DNA of 64,000 bases, taken from NCBI GenBank assembly GCA_040386535.1, contig JAZKFH010000032.1:32001-96000 (forward strand), read 5' to 3'. The first letter of the stretch is position 1. Each line of letters begins with the position of its first letter. Both the position numbers and the translations under genes were made by a program. The DNA is from Myxococcota bacterium. Its GTDB lineage: Bacteria > Myxococcota_A > UBA796 > SXON01. Shown in pieces: positions 10,627-19,636 of this stretch. A model generated the notes under the pieces. The model was not told where the DNA came from. It did no database searches and worked only from the letters and a program-made list of their open reading frames with translations.

Positions 10627-13600
10627 TCACGGAGCCTCGAGCGGATCGACGGTTTCGGAGCTGGCAACCATCGAACGGAGCGCGTCGCCCCCGAAGCGGA
10701 GGAACATGGTGGGAGTCACCACCATGTCCAGGAGCGTCGAGGAGAGGAGCCCACCCAGGATCACCTGGGCCACCGGGGTGAGGATCTCCTTCCCCGGCGT
10801 GCCGCCCGCGAAGGCGAGCGGGATGAGCGCGATGCCGGCGCAGAGCGCGGTCATGGCGACCGGGACGAGGCGCTCGAGCGAGCCACGAATGACCATCTCC
10901 GGCCCGAAGGATTCGCCCTCGTGGCGGACGAGGTGGATGTAGTGGGAGATCATCAGGATGGTGTTGCGCGACGCGATGCCACACAACGTGATGAACCCGA
11001 CCAACGTTGCGACCGAGAGCGGCTGGCCCGAGATCCAGATCGCCGCGACGGAGCCGATCAGTGCGAGAGGAATGTTGAGAAGCACCTGGAGCGTGAGCGT
11101 GTGAGATCGGAAGTGCGCGTAGAGCACCGCGTACATACCGGCGAGCGACAGCAGGGAGAGGAGGCCGATGGTGCGGCTCGCCGACTGCTGGCTTTCGAAC
11201 TGGCCGCCGATGGTCCAGTAGTACCCTGTCGGGAGCGTCAGCCCCGCCAGGGAGGTCTGGATGTCGCCGACCACGCTCCCGACGTCCCGCCCGGCCGTGT
11301 TGGCCGAGATGGCGATGCGACGCTGGCCGTCTTCATGCACCACCTGGTTGGGCCCGGTCCCCGCTGACACCTCCGCGAGCTGACCCAATGTGACCGCACG
11401 CCCTTCCTCCAGCGATACCGGAGCGATCCCGATGCGGTCGATGTCCCCGCGCCACTCGGGCGCGTATCGCGTCACGAGATCGAGGCTCCGCACGCCGTCG
11501 AGCACCTGCGCGACACGTACGCCGCCGAGCGCGGTCTCGAGGTCCTCCGCGAGGTGCCCCGGCGGTACGCCGAAGCGCTTGGCTGCGTCCCGGTCGATGC
11601 GCACCTGCACCTGGGGGATCAGCACCTGGCGCTCTACCTGGAGATCCACGAGCCCGGGGATGGGCGCGAGCTGCTGCTCAATGCGCGCGGCCTCGCTCCG
11701 GAGCGTGGCGAGGTCGGGCCCGAACACCTTGATGGCGATCTGCGCTCGCACCCCCGAGAGCAAGTGGTCGAGCCGGTGGCCGATCGGCTGGCCGATGTTG
11801 ATGACCACGCCGGGGAGCCGCGCGAGCTTCGCGCGGATGTCGGCCAATACCTCCTCGCGCGGGCGGCCCTCCCGCTCGAAGTCGACGTCGATCTCGGTGT
11901 AGTGGACTCCCTCAGCGTGTTCGTCCATCTCCGCGCGCCCCGTGCGGCGGCCCGTGCTCTTGACCTCCGGGACCTCGAGGAGGAGCCGCTCGGCGAGGCT
12001 GCCGAGTTTGTCCGACTCGGTGAGGCTCGTGCCGGGCGTGGCCAGCAGGTTGACCGTCGCCGTGCCCTCGTTGAAGGGCGGCAGGAAGCTCGTCCCGAGG
12101 AAGGGGACGCTCGCGATCGCCAGGACGACCGCTGCGGCGACGGCGAACAGGATGGTCTTCGGGCGGGGCAACGCCCAGACGAGCGCCCGACGGTCGAGGC
12201 CCTTGAGCTTGCGAACCAACCACCCGTCGGCGTGCTCCTTCGCCTGTGTCATCTTCGGGAGCAGGTAGGACGCGAGGACCGGCGTGATGGTCAGGGACAC
12301 GACCATGGAGGCCAGGATCGACGCGATGTAGGCGATGCCGAGCGGCGCGAAGAGCCGGCCCTCGATACCCGAGAGCGCGAAGAGCGGGATGAAGACCAGG
12401 ATCACGAGGATCGTCGAGAAGACGATGGAGCTCCGGACCTCCACGCTTGCGTCGAGGATGACACGCAACGGAGAGCGCGGGTTCGGAAGGGTGCGGTTCT
12501 CCCGTAGCCGCCGATAGACGTTCTCCACGTCCACGATCGCATCGTCCACGAGCTCGCCGATCGCGACCGCGAGGCCGCCGAGCGTCATGGTGTTGATGGT
12601 GAGACCGAAGGCCTGCAGGGCGAGCGCGGCGACGACCATCGAGAGGGGGATCGCCGTGAGGGTGATCGCGGTCGTGCGGACGTTGAGGAGGAACAGGACG
12701 AGGATGATGGTGACCAGGATCGCCCCGTCCCGGAGCGCCTCCTCGACGTTAGCCACGGAGGCCTCGATAAAGTCGGCCTGACGGAAGAGCGGCACCACGT
12801 CGACGCCGGCGGGCAGACCACGGCGGAGCTCCTCCAGCGCGTGCTCGACCTGCTCGGTCAACACGATCGTGTCGGTGCCCGGCTGCTTCTGCACCGAGAG
12901 GATCACCGCAGGCTGGCCGTTCACGCCGGCGTCGCCGCGCATGGTGCCGACGCCTCGCCGAACGTCGGCGACATCCGAGAGGGTGATGGGCACACCGTCG
13001 CGCATCGTGATGACCGTGTCCCCGATCGCCGCGGGATCCGCCGTCCGGGCGAGGTTGCGCACGACGTATTCCTGGCTCTGCTGCTCCAGGAAGCCGCCCG
13101 TCGTGCTGCCCTGCGCGCCAGCGGCCGCTTCGCGCACATCCCCGAGGGTGAGCCCGCGCTGGGCGAGCCGATCGGGGTGGACCTCCACGTGGAGCTGCTC
13201 GACGCCGCCGCCGATGGCGATCACCTGCGAAATTCCGCCGATGGAGAGGAGGCGCGGGCGGAGCGTCCAATCGGCGAGCGACCGGAGCTCGGGCCCGGGG
13301 ACCGTCCCCTCGGGCGACACGACGCCGATGAGGAGGATCTCTCCCATGATCGAGCTCACGGGGCCCATCGTCGGAACCACGCCTTCGGGGAGAGACTCGG
13401 CGACCTGCGCGGTGCGCTCGGCCACCTGCTGGCGCGCCCGGTAGATGTCGACGTCCCAATCGAACTCTACCCACACGACTGAGAGCCCGACCGCGGACTG
13501 GGAGCGGACTCGCTCGACGCCCGGGGCGCCGTTCATCGAGGTCTCGATGGGGCGGGTGACGAGAAGCTCGACCTCCTCCGGTGAGAGGCCGCCTGCCTCG

Positions 13601-13752
13601 GTGAGCAGGGTGACGGTGGGCCTGTTCAGATCCGGGAAGACGTCCACGGGCAGCCGGGTGGCCGTCCACCCGCCCCAGGCGAGCACGACCGCGGCCACGA
13701 CGAGGACGAAGAGGCGGTTCTGGAGGGAGAAGCGGATGAGGGCGTTGAACAT
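10627..13752 (-). CDS. CusA/CzcA-family heavy-metal efflux RND permease (probably divalent-cation type)
   Basis: 1041 aa; LPVDVFPDL, GELVDDAIVDVEN, ERLVPVAMTA; His motifs EHAEGVH and GHRLDH. Confidence 0.95.
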   Translation of the reverse strand: MFNALIRFSLQNRLFVLVVAAVVLAWGGWTATRLPVDVFPDLNRPTVTLLTEAGGLSPEEVELLVTRPIETSMNGAPGVERVRSQSAVGLSVVWVEFDWDVDIYRARQQVAERTAQVAESLPEGVVPTMGPVSSIMGEILLIGVVSPEGTVPGPELRSLADWTLRPRLLSIGGISQVIAIGGGVEQLHVEVHPDRLAQRGLTLGDVREAAAGAQGSTTGGFLEQQSQEYVVRNLARTADPAAIGDTVITMRDGVPITLSDVADVRRGVGTMRGDAGVNGQPAVILSVQKQPGTDTIVLTEQVEHALEELRRGLPAGVDVVPLFRQADFIEASVANVEEALRDGAILVTIILVLFLLNVRTTAITLTAIPLSMVVAALALQAFGLTINTMTLGGLAVAIGELVDDAIVDVENVYRRLRENRTLPNPRSPLRVILDASVEVRSSIVFSTILVILVFIPLFALSGIEGRLFAPLGIAYIASILASMVVSLTITPVLASYLLPKMTQAKEHADGWLVRKLKGLDRRALVWALPRPKTILFAVAAAVVLAIASVPFLGTSFLPPFNEGTATVNLLATPGTSLTESDKLGSLAERLLLEVPEVKSTGRRTGRAEMDEHAEGVHYTEIDVDFEREGRPREEVLADIRAKLARLPGVVINIGQPIGHRLDHLLSGVRAQIAIKVFGPDLATLRSEAARIEQQLAPIPGLVDLQVERQVLIPQVQVRIDRDAAKRFGVPPGHLAEDLETALGGVRVAQVLDGVRSLDLVTRYAPEWRGDIDRIGIAPVSLEEGRAVTLGQLAEVSAGTGPNQVVHEDGQRRIAISANTAGRDVGSVVGDIQTSLAGLTLPTGYYWTIGGQFESQQSASRTIGLLSLLSLAGMYAVLYAHFRSHTLTLQVLLNIPLALIGSVAAIWISGQPLSVATLVGFITLCGIASRNTILMISHYIHLVRHEGESFGPEMVIRGSLERLVPVAMTALCAGIALIPLAFAGGTPGKEILTPVAQVILGGLLSSTLLDMVVTPTMFLRFGGDALRSMVASSETVDPLEAP

Positions 13753-13755
13753 TGG

Positions 13756-15459
13756 TCAGCGCCCCGCGATGCTTCGGAGCGTGTAGGTGCCGTCGACCAC
13801 GACGCGCTCGCCCGGGGCGAGCCCGCCGAGCACTTCCCAAACACCGCCGCTGCGTCCGCCGAGGCGGAGATCCCGTGCCTCGAAGGCCTCGGGGCCGGTT
13901 TTCACGAAGGCGAGGCGCGCGCCGTTGCTGTCCACGACTGCGGCCGCGGGGACCACGAGTGCGTCCCTCGTGGAGCCCCGGGCGATCCAGGCCGTGGCGC
14001 CCATGCCGGGACGGAGACCGAGATCGCCGGCCTCCACCGCGAGCGTGATCGTCACCATGCCCGTCGCGGGATCGGCCTCCTGGCCCGCATCGAGCACGAC
14101 CGCGGAGAGGGAGCGATCGGGCGCGGCGGACGGCGTCACCATCGCCGAGGCGCCGGAGACTAGCCCGAGGGCGAGCCTCTCGGGCACGTTGGCCTCCATC
14201 CACAGGCCCACCGTATCGACCACGCGGAAGAGCGTGGCGCCAGCCGACACCTGGTCGCCCGGCCGGGCGTTGATGGCGCCGAGGCGCCCGTCCACAGGGG
14301 CGCGGATCGCCACCGTGACCCCGCCCGCGAGCGCTGCGAGCGCCCCCTCGGCCTCCCGGAGCGTGACCCGCGCGACCTCCACGGCGTTCTTGCGCTCGAG
14401 CCGTTCCCGCTCGGAGATCGAGTCGCGCAGCGTGTCGAGCGAGGCGGCGTCCCGCTCCGCGAGGGCCAGCGCACTCTTCGCTTCGGCCACGCGGGTCGCG
14501 GCGCTCCCCCGCTCCTGCGCAATCGCGGCGCGGTCAGCGGTGCTCGGCACCTCCTTCAACAGCGCGAGCGTGTCCCCGGCCTTGACTGCCTGACCGGGGG
14601 TCGGGAAGCCGCCCGGGGGCGCGACGAGCACGCCGTCTACGGGCGCACCGAGAGTGGCGGCCTCGCCGGGGCGGGCCACGAACCGGCCGAGGGCCGGGAC
14701 GCGGTCGACGAACACGTCGCGGGAGAGGATGGCGGTGCGGAGGCCGACCAGGAACTGGCCGTCCATGGGGAGCGCGAGCGTCGCGCCCGCGGGTGCCGTC
14801 GGCGCCGCGGACGCCTCGCCGTGGTCCTCGCCGCCGTGGGCAGACACGCGCCGGCTGGCGAGGCCGACCCCGATCGCGAGCAGGGTGGCCGCCGCGGCCG
14901 CGCCCCGGCGGCGCCCGAGCAGGAACCCGAGCCCGAGGCAGACCACGGCGACCCCCCCGAGGAGCGCGAGGACGCCGGCCCCCGCGAGCGCCACGGTGCC
15001 CGCGCCCATCCCGTCCCCGCTCTCGACGGAGGGCGGGTCGTAGTGCAGCCCCGAGATCGCGAGCAGATCGCTCGCCGCGGGCGCGGTGACGACGAGCGCG
15101 CCGGCGTAGTCGCCGTAGGCCGGCAACGTCAGGGTGCCGTGGTAGGCGCCGGGCGCCCCGGCGGCACCGAACTCGGCCTGCGATGCTCCCGGCCCGTTCA
15201 GTGTGAGCGAGGCGGTCGCGCCCTCCACCGGTGCGCTTGTCGCGTAGTCGGCGAGCAGGATCGAGGCTTCCGTCGCCGTTCCCGCGGACACCCTGGGGAG
15301 GCGGACGATCGCCTCGAACGTGCTGGACGCCGCGCTCACCGAAAAGGCGTCCGCGGTCGTTGCGCTCGCGGAGGCCGCACTGGCGACCGGGGGCCCGTGG
15401 TCGTGGTCGTCTCCCCCGCCCGCGAAGGAGAGCGAAGTAGCGAGGAGCAAGAAGATCAC
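13756..15459 (-). CDS. RND periplasmic adaptor with N-terminal Ig-like domain and internal TM/signal segment
   Basis: GTG 15459 overlaps the tolC stop; IRAPVDG, LRPGM, GLAPGERVVVDG. Confidence 0.9.
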   Translation of the reverse strand: MIFLLLATSLSFAGGGDDHDHGPPVASAASASATTADAFSVSAASSTFEAIVRLPRVSAGTATEASILLADYATSAPVEGATASLTLNGPGASQAEFGAAGAPGAYHGTLTLPAYGDYAGALVVTAPAASDLLAISGLHYDPPSVESGDGMGAGTVALAGAGVLALLGGVAVVCLGLGFLLGRRRGAAAAATLLAIGVGLASRRVSAHGGEDHGEASAAPTAPAGATLALPMDGQFLVGLRTAILSRDVFVDRVPALGRFVARPGEAATLGAPVDGVLVAPPGGFPTPGQAVKAGDTLALLKEVPSTADRAAIAQERGSAATRVAEAKSALALAERDAASLDTLRDSISERERLERKNAVEVARVTLREAEGALAALAGGVTVAIRAPVDGRLGAINARPGDQVSAGATLFRVVDTVGLWMEANVPERLALGLVSGASAMVTPSAAPDRSLSAVVLDAGQEADPATGMVTITLAVEAGDLGLRPGMGATAWIARGSTRDALVVPAAAVVDSNGARLAFVKTGPEAFEARDLRLGGRSGGVWEVLGGLAPGERVVVDGTYTLRSIAGR

Positions 15460-16610
15460 GGTTCCTCCAAGGGCAGTTGGCCGGCGAGCTCCCAGAGCGC
15501 GAGGCGTGCGCGCTCCTGCCGCCAGCGGGCGTCGATTGCGCCGCCGAGAGCAGCGAGGGCGAGGTCCCGCTCGGCGACGAACACCGAAAGCGAGGCCTCG
15601 CCGACCTCGTACCGGCGCGCCGCGGCGTCGAGCGTGGCATCCAGGCCGGGGATGTCCCAAGCGGCGGCCACCCGCTCGGCGATTGCGAGCTCGGCTCGCG
15701 CGTTCGCAATGGAGGCACGTGCGTCGAGCGTCTCCCGGGACGCGCGCGCGTCAGCGATGTCGGCCTCGGCGCGCGCAACCCGAACCTTCGATGCACCCGG
15801 GGCGAAGAGCGGGATCTCGATCGCCGCGCCATACACCGGTCCGGTCTCGCCTTCGAACGACCACCCGCCGCGAAGGTGGAGATCGGGGACCCGCTCGAGC
15901 TTCTCGGCGGTCAGCCGCGCGAGGGCAGCACGGGCCTCGAGCCCCGCGGCCAGGAGGGTGGGAAGCTGGCTTGGCTCCACGGACGGCGGCTCCGGTAGCG
16001 TGGGCCATTCCCCGATCCCAGGCGCATCCTCCTGTCCGATCAGGACGCCGAGCCGACGGCGGGCGGCCTCGGCTTCCCGCTGCAGGGTCAGCGCGTCATC
16101 GAGCGCGCGCGCCGCCTCGGCATGGAGCAGTGCCGACTCGACACGCGAGATGTCACCCGTCTCGGCGCGACGCACGGCCGCGTCGCGGAGTCGGACGGCC
16201 AGACCCTCGGCCGCTTCGGCGAGCTCCGCCTGTTCACGCGCCCGCACGGCATCCAGGTAGCTCGCACCGGCGGCAGCTCCCACCGCAGCCCGACCCGCCT
16301 CGGCGCGCAGCGAGGCGGCCTCGCGCAACCGGCGCGCGGCGCTCGCCCGCGCGATTGGTTGGCCCGCGATCTCGACGGGCACGGTCACCGAGAGGGTGGT
16401 CTCCCCGGGCTGGTGCTCCAGATCGAGCTCGGGGTTGCCCTGCCAGGCGGCGTACTCTCGCGCTTCGGCCCGCGCCTGATCCGCCTCGGCCGAGACGATC
16501 CGGGCGTCCGCGCCGTGTTCGACCGCCGCGCGAACCGTCTCCGCGAAGTCGAGCTCCCGGGCCGGCGCATCCTGGGCGAACCCGAGCGAAACGAACAAGA
16601 ACGGGATCAT
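15456..16610 (-). CDS. TolC-family outer membrane efflux protein
   Basis: ATGA overlap with the regulator; NPEL, ERVPDL, IEIPLF, RRYEVGE; position in the RND operon. Confidence 0.88.
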   Translation of the reverse strand: MIPFLFVSLGFAQDAPARELDFAETVRAAVEHGADARIVSAEADQARAEAREYAAWQGNPELDLEHQPGETTLSVTVPVEIAGQPIARASAARRLREAASLRAEAGRAAVGAAAGASYLDAVRAREQAELAEAAEGLAVRLRDAAVRRAETGDISRVESALLHAEAARALDDALTLQREAEAARRRLGVLIGQEDAPGIGEWPTLPEPPSVEPSQLPTLLAAGLEARAALARLTAEKLERVPDLHLRGGWSFEGETGPVYGAAIEIPLFAPGASKVRVARAEADIADARASRETLDARASIANARAELAIAERVAAAWDIPGLDATLDAAARRYEVGEASLSVFVAERDLALAALGGAIDARWRQERARLALWELAGQLPLEEP

Positions 16611-17968
16611 GGGTTTCGGAACCTCCCGGGATCGATGCCGTGCCGCTTCAGGAGCCGATGCATCGACTCGCGCTCCATGCCGGCCTCGGCCGCGGCGTGG
16701 GTGACGTTCCCCGACGTGCGCCGCAGGAGCTGGAGCAGGTACTCGTGTCCCGCTGCGTCGGAAGCCCGCTCGCACACGGCACGGAAGCTACCCGCGGGTG
16801 CCTGTGGCACGACGCCCCGCACGGACTCGGGCAGGTGGTAGACCTCGACGGTCTCGTCGGGGGCGATCACCGCGGCGTGCTCCAGGGCGTGGCGCAGTTC
16901 ACGCACGTTCCCTGGCCACGGTGCAGCCTCCAGCGCGGCGAGCGCCTCCGGAGCCAGACGGCGTGCGCGCGTCCCGTAGCGGGCCCCAGCCATCTTCAGG
17001 AAGAGCGTGGCGAGCAGGGAGACGTCCTCCACGCGTTGCCGCAACGACGGTAGGCGCACCTGCACGACCTTCAGCCGAAAGTAGAGGTCCTGCCGAAACG
17101 CGCCGGATGCCACCATCTTCTCGAGGTCCCGGTGCGTGGCCGCAACGACGCGCGCGTCAAAGGGGCGGCTACCAGTTTCTCCCACGCGTCGGACATACCC
17201 CTCGTCGAGCACCCGATTGAGCTTCACCTGCAACGGGAGCGGCATGTCGCCGATCTCGTCGAGTAGGAGCGTGCCTCCCTTCGCGGCTTCGAGCAGGCCG
17301 GGCCGGTCCGCGGATGCGCCGGTATATGCCCCGCGCGCCACGCCGAACAACTCGGCCTCCAGCAGGTTCTCGGGGATGGCCCCGCAGTTCAGCGCGACGA
17401 ACTCGCCCTTCCCGTGCACCCGGTGGATCTCACGGGCGGCGACCTCCTTCCCGGAGCCACTCTCCCCGAGGAGGAGCACCGGGGCGGGAACCCGCCCGAC
17501 GCGCTCGATCCAGCGCCGCACCTCGACGGCGGCGGGAGAGCGCCCCACGAAGGCGCTCTCCTGTCCCCCGACCATCGCCTCGAGTTCCCGCGTGCGCCCG
17601 AGCAGCGCGTGACGCTCCGCCGCGCGAACCGCGATCCGTAAGAGATCGTCGGGCTCGAACGGCTTCGCGACGTAGTCGTAGGCGCCCGCCCGCAGCGCCT
17701 GGACGGCCGCCGGAAGCTCGGCGTACGCGGTCATCAACACCACCTCGGGGGGAGGATCCATCGCGCGGGCGGCAGCGAGGACGGCGGTGCCATCGGCACC
17801 GGGCAGGCGTACATCCGTGATCACCAGGGCGTAGCGGCCAGCACGCAGCCGTTGCAGCGCCGACTCGGCGTCCGCCACCTCGTCGACCTCGAACCGCTCC
17901 CCCAGGGTGCGCGCGAGCAGTTTGCGAAGGTTCTCACGGTCTTCCACGAGCAGGAGGCGTTCAGGCAT
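16607..17968 (-). CDS. Sigma54-dependent response regulator (REC-AAA+-Fis HTH)
   Basis: GESGSGKE, ELFG..GAYTGA, LLDEIG, FRQDLYFRL, WPGNVREL. Confidence 0.96.
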   Translation of the reverse strand: MPERLLLVEDRENLRKLLARTLGERFEVDEVADAESALQRLRAGRYALVITDVRLPGADGTAVLAAARAMDPPPEVVLMTAYAELPAAVQALRAGAYDYVAKPFEPDDLLRIAVRAAERHALLGRTRELEAMVGGQESAFVGRSPAAVEVRRWIERVGRVPAPVLLLGESGSGKEVAAREIHRVHGKGEFVALNCGAIPENLLEAELFGVARGAYTGASADRPGLLEAAKGGTLLLDEIGDMPLPLQVKLNRVLDEGYVRRVGETGSRPFDARVVAATHRDLEKMVASGAFRQDLYFRLKVVQVRLPSLRQRVEDVSLLATLFLKMAGARYGTRARRLAPEALAALEAAPWPGNVRELRHALEHAAVIAPDETVEVYHLPESVRGVVPQAPAGSFRAVCERASDAAGHEYLLQLLRRTSGNVTHAAAEAGMERESMHRLLKRHGIDPGRFRNP

Positions 17969-19358
17969 CGAGCCCTCCCAGCGTCCAAACCGCGACAGTC
18001 CCCCCGCCCTCGCGGTCCCGGTGTGCGAGCGAGCCGCCTTGCGCGCGTGCGATCCGTTGACACACCGCGAGTCCGAGGCCCGTGCCGTCGGGCCGCCCGG
18101 TCACGAACGGCTCGTACAGCCTGGGCCGGACGTTCGCGGGAAGCCCTGGCCCCCGATCTCGCACCTCGAACACCGGTCCTTGTTTCAACTCGAGCTCGAC
18201 AGTCGCGCCTGCGCTCGACGCCTCCACCGCATTCCGAAGCAGGTTGTCGAGGACCTGCCGCACCGCGGATGGAGATGCGAGGATCGACCGAGGAGTGCTC
18301 GGCAGCAGGTGCACCGTCACGTCTCGGAGGTCTGCCTGCGTGCCGATGCGGTCGACCGCCGCTTCCGCAGACCGTACCAAATCGACGTTGACAGCCGGCT
18401 CCTCGCCGGGCCGCGCAAAGCCCAGGAGCCCCTGGACGACGCGGCGCGCGTGTTCCGCTTCCTGCCGCACCCCAGCCAATTCCGGGCGCTTCATCTCGGG
18501 CTCCCCCAGGATGACCGCGAGGGGATTGAGCAACTCGTGCGCGACCGCTCCGCTCATCTCGCCCAGGGCGGCCAACCGCTCCACTTCGAGGCGCCGCCGC
18601 TCGGATGCCACTACCTTCTCCATCATGCGGTTGAACGCCCTCCCGAGCTCAGAGAGCTCGTCGTCGCCCCGCTCGGGCGCGGTGACGGAGCGCCCCTCCC
18701 CGAAGGCGGCCGCCGCGGTGCGAAGCTCGCCGACCGGGCCGAGAATACCCCTGGCCAATCTCCAGGCGACGAGCAGGCCGAGCGCAGCGCCGCCCACCGT
18801 CAGAGCAGCAACGGAGAGCCAGGCGCTCGATGTTGCTGCCGCCACCGCGGCGCGCTCGCGGGCCTGCGCCATGTCGAGCGCACCGAGCACATCACCGAGC
18901 CGGGCCTCGACCGCCGAAGCACGAAGCTCGGCCTCGTCGTGAAGGCGGGTCGCTGCCTCCGTGTCGAGCGTGCCCTGCTGCGCGAGAGGAACCACCTCGG
19001 CGGCGAACCAACGGTTGGACTCTTCGATGGCGGCACGAACCGGGGTGAGATCGACGGACGCCGCGACGCCCTCCGACTCCGCCTTGGTGATTTGAACGGA
19101 CACAGCAGCCGTGACCTCGTCCAAATGATCGAGGTGCCCGGGCCCGCGCTCGATCAACGTGTGGGCCTGGTGGACGTACACCTCGCGGGCGGCGACCGCG
19201 AGGCCGAGCACAGCCTCCTGCTCGCGTGCCAGCACCTGCTGCGCCTCACCTGCGCTGCGAACCTGTGTCCAGCTCGCGAACCCCAAGCCGGTGCCCAGAA
19301 CTTGGAGCCCGACGAGCAGGCCTGTGTGCGCGAACACGCGCCGGCGCAACGACGACAC
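17961..19358 (-). CDS. HAMP sensor histidine kinase
   Basis: Two TM segments, HAMP (DDELSELGRAFNRM), AHELLNPL, NLLRNA, DRGPG, GTGLGL; GTG 19358 after AGGGGG. Confidence 0.93.
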   Translation of the reverse strand: MSSLRRRVFAHTGLLVGLQVLGTGLGFASWTQVRSAGEAQQVLAREQEAVLGLAVAAREVYVHQAHTLIERGPGHLDHLDEVTAAVSVQITKAESEGVAASVDLTPVRAAIEESNRWFAAEVVPLAQQGTLDTEAATRLHDEAELRASAVEARLGDVLGALDMAQARERAAVAAATSSAWLSVAALTVGGAALGLLVAWRLARGILGPVGELRTAAAAFGEGRSVTAPERGDDELSELGRAFNRMMEKVVASERRRLEVERLAALGEMSGAVAHELLNPLAVILGEPEMKRPELAGVRQEAEHARRVVQGLLGFARPGEEPAVNVDLVRSAEAAVDRIGTQADLRDVTVHLLPSTPRSILASPSAVRQVLDNLLRNAVEASSAGATVELELKQGPVFEVRDRGPGLPANVRPRLYEPFVTGRPDGTGLGLAVCQRIARAQGGSLAHRDREGGGTVAVWTLGGLDA

Positions 19359-19456
19359 GCTCAGGACCCCCTGGTCTGGGCGCGGCCATCGCGCAGCAGG
19401 CGATCCCCGACCCAACCCATTGCTCTCGACACCGGCCACCTCCGCACGGCTCACTA

Positions 19457-19472
19457 AGCAAAATGTGTGCCA
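19457..19472 (-). promoter_or_regulatory. Sigma54 -24/-12 promoter of the kinase-regulator-RND operon
   Basis: Minus strand TGGCAC-ACATT-TTGCT, a consensus match. Confidence 0.85.
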
Positions 19473-19536
19473 GATGCGGTCGGGAAGCATCTAAGGGGAA
19501 AACAGGCGACTGACTCGGCAAACGCCGGAGGCAAAG

Positions 19537-19555
19537 CGTGATGTCGCCGGTCACA
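19537..19555. promoter_or_regulatory. Recurrent palindrome copy (CGTGAT-N7-GTCACA)
   Basis: Matches the island-wide TGTGAC-N7-GTYACA motif; about 65 bp upstream of the sigma54 promoter. Confidence 0.55.
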
Positions 19556-19636
19556 GTCCGCTCCCCGAGGTTACGGCTCGCCCGGACGATCGCTAAGGGC
19601 GCGGCCGGGACCGCATGGCAGCAGACCGATCGCTCC

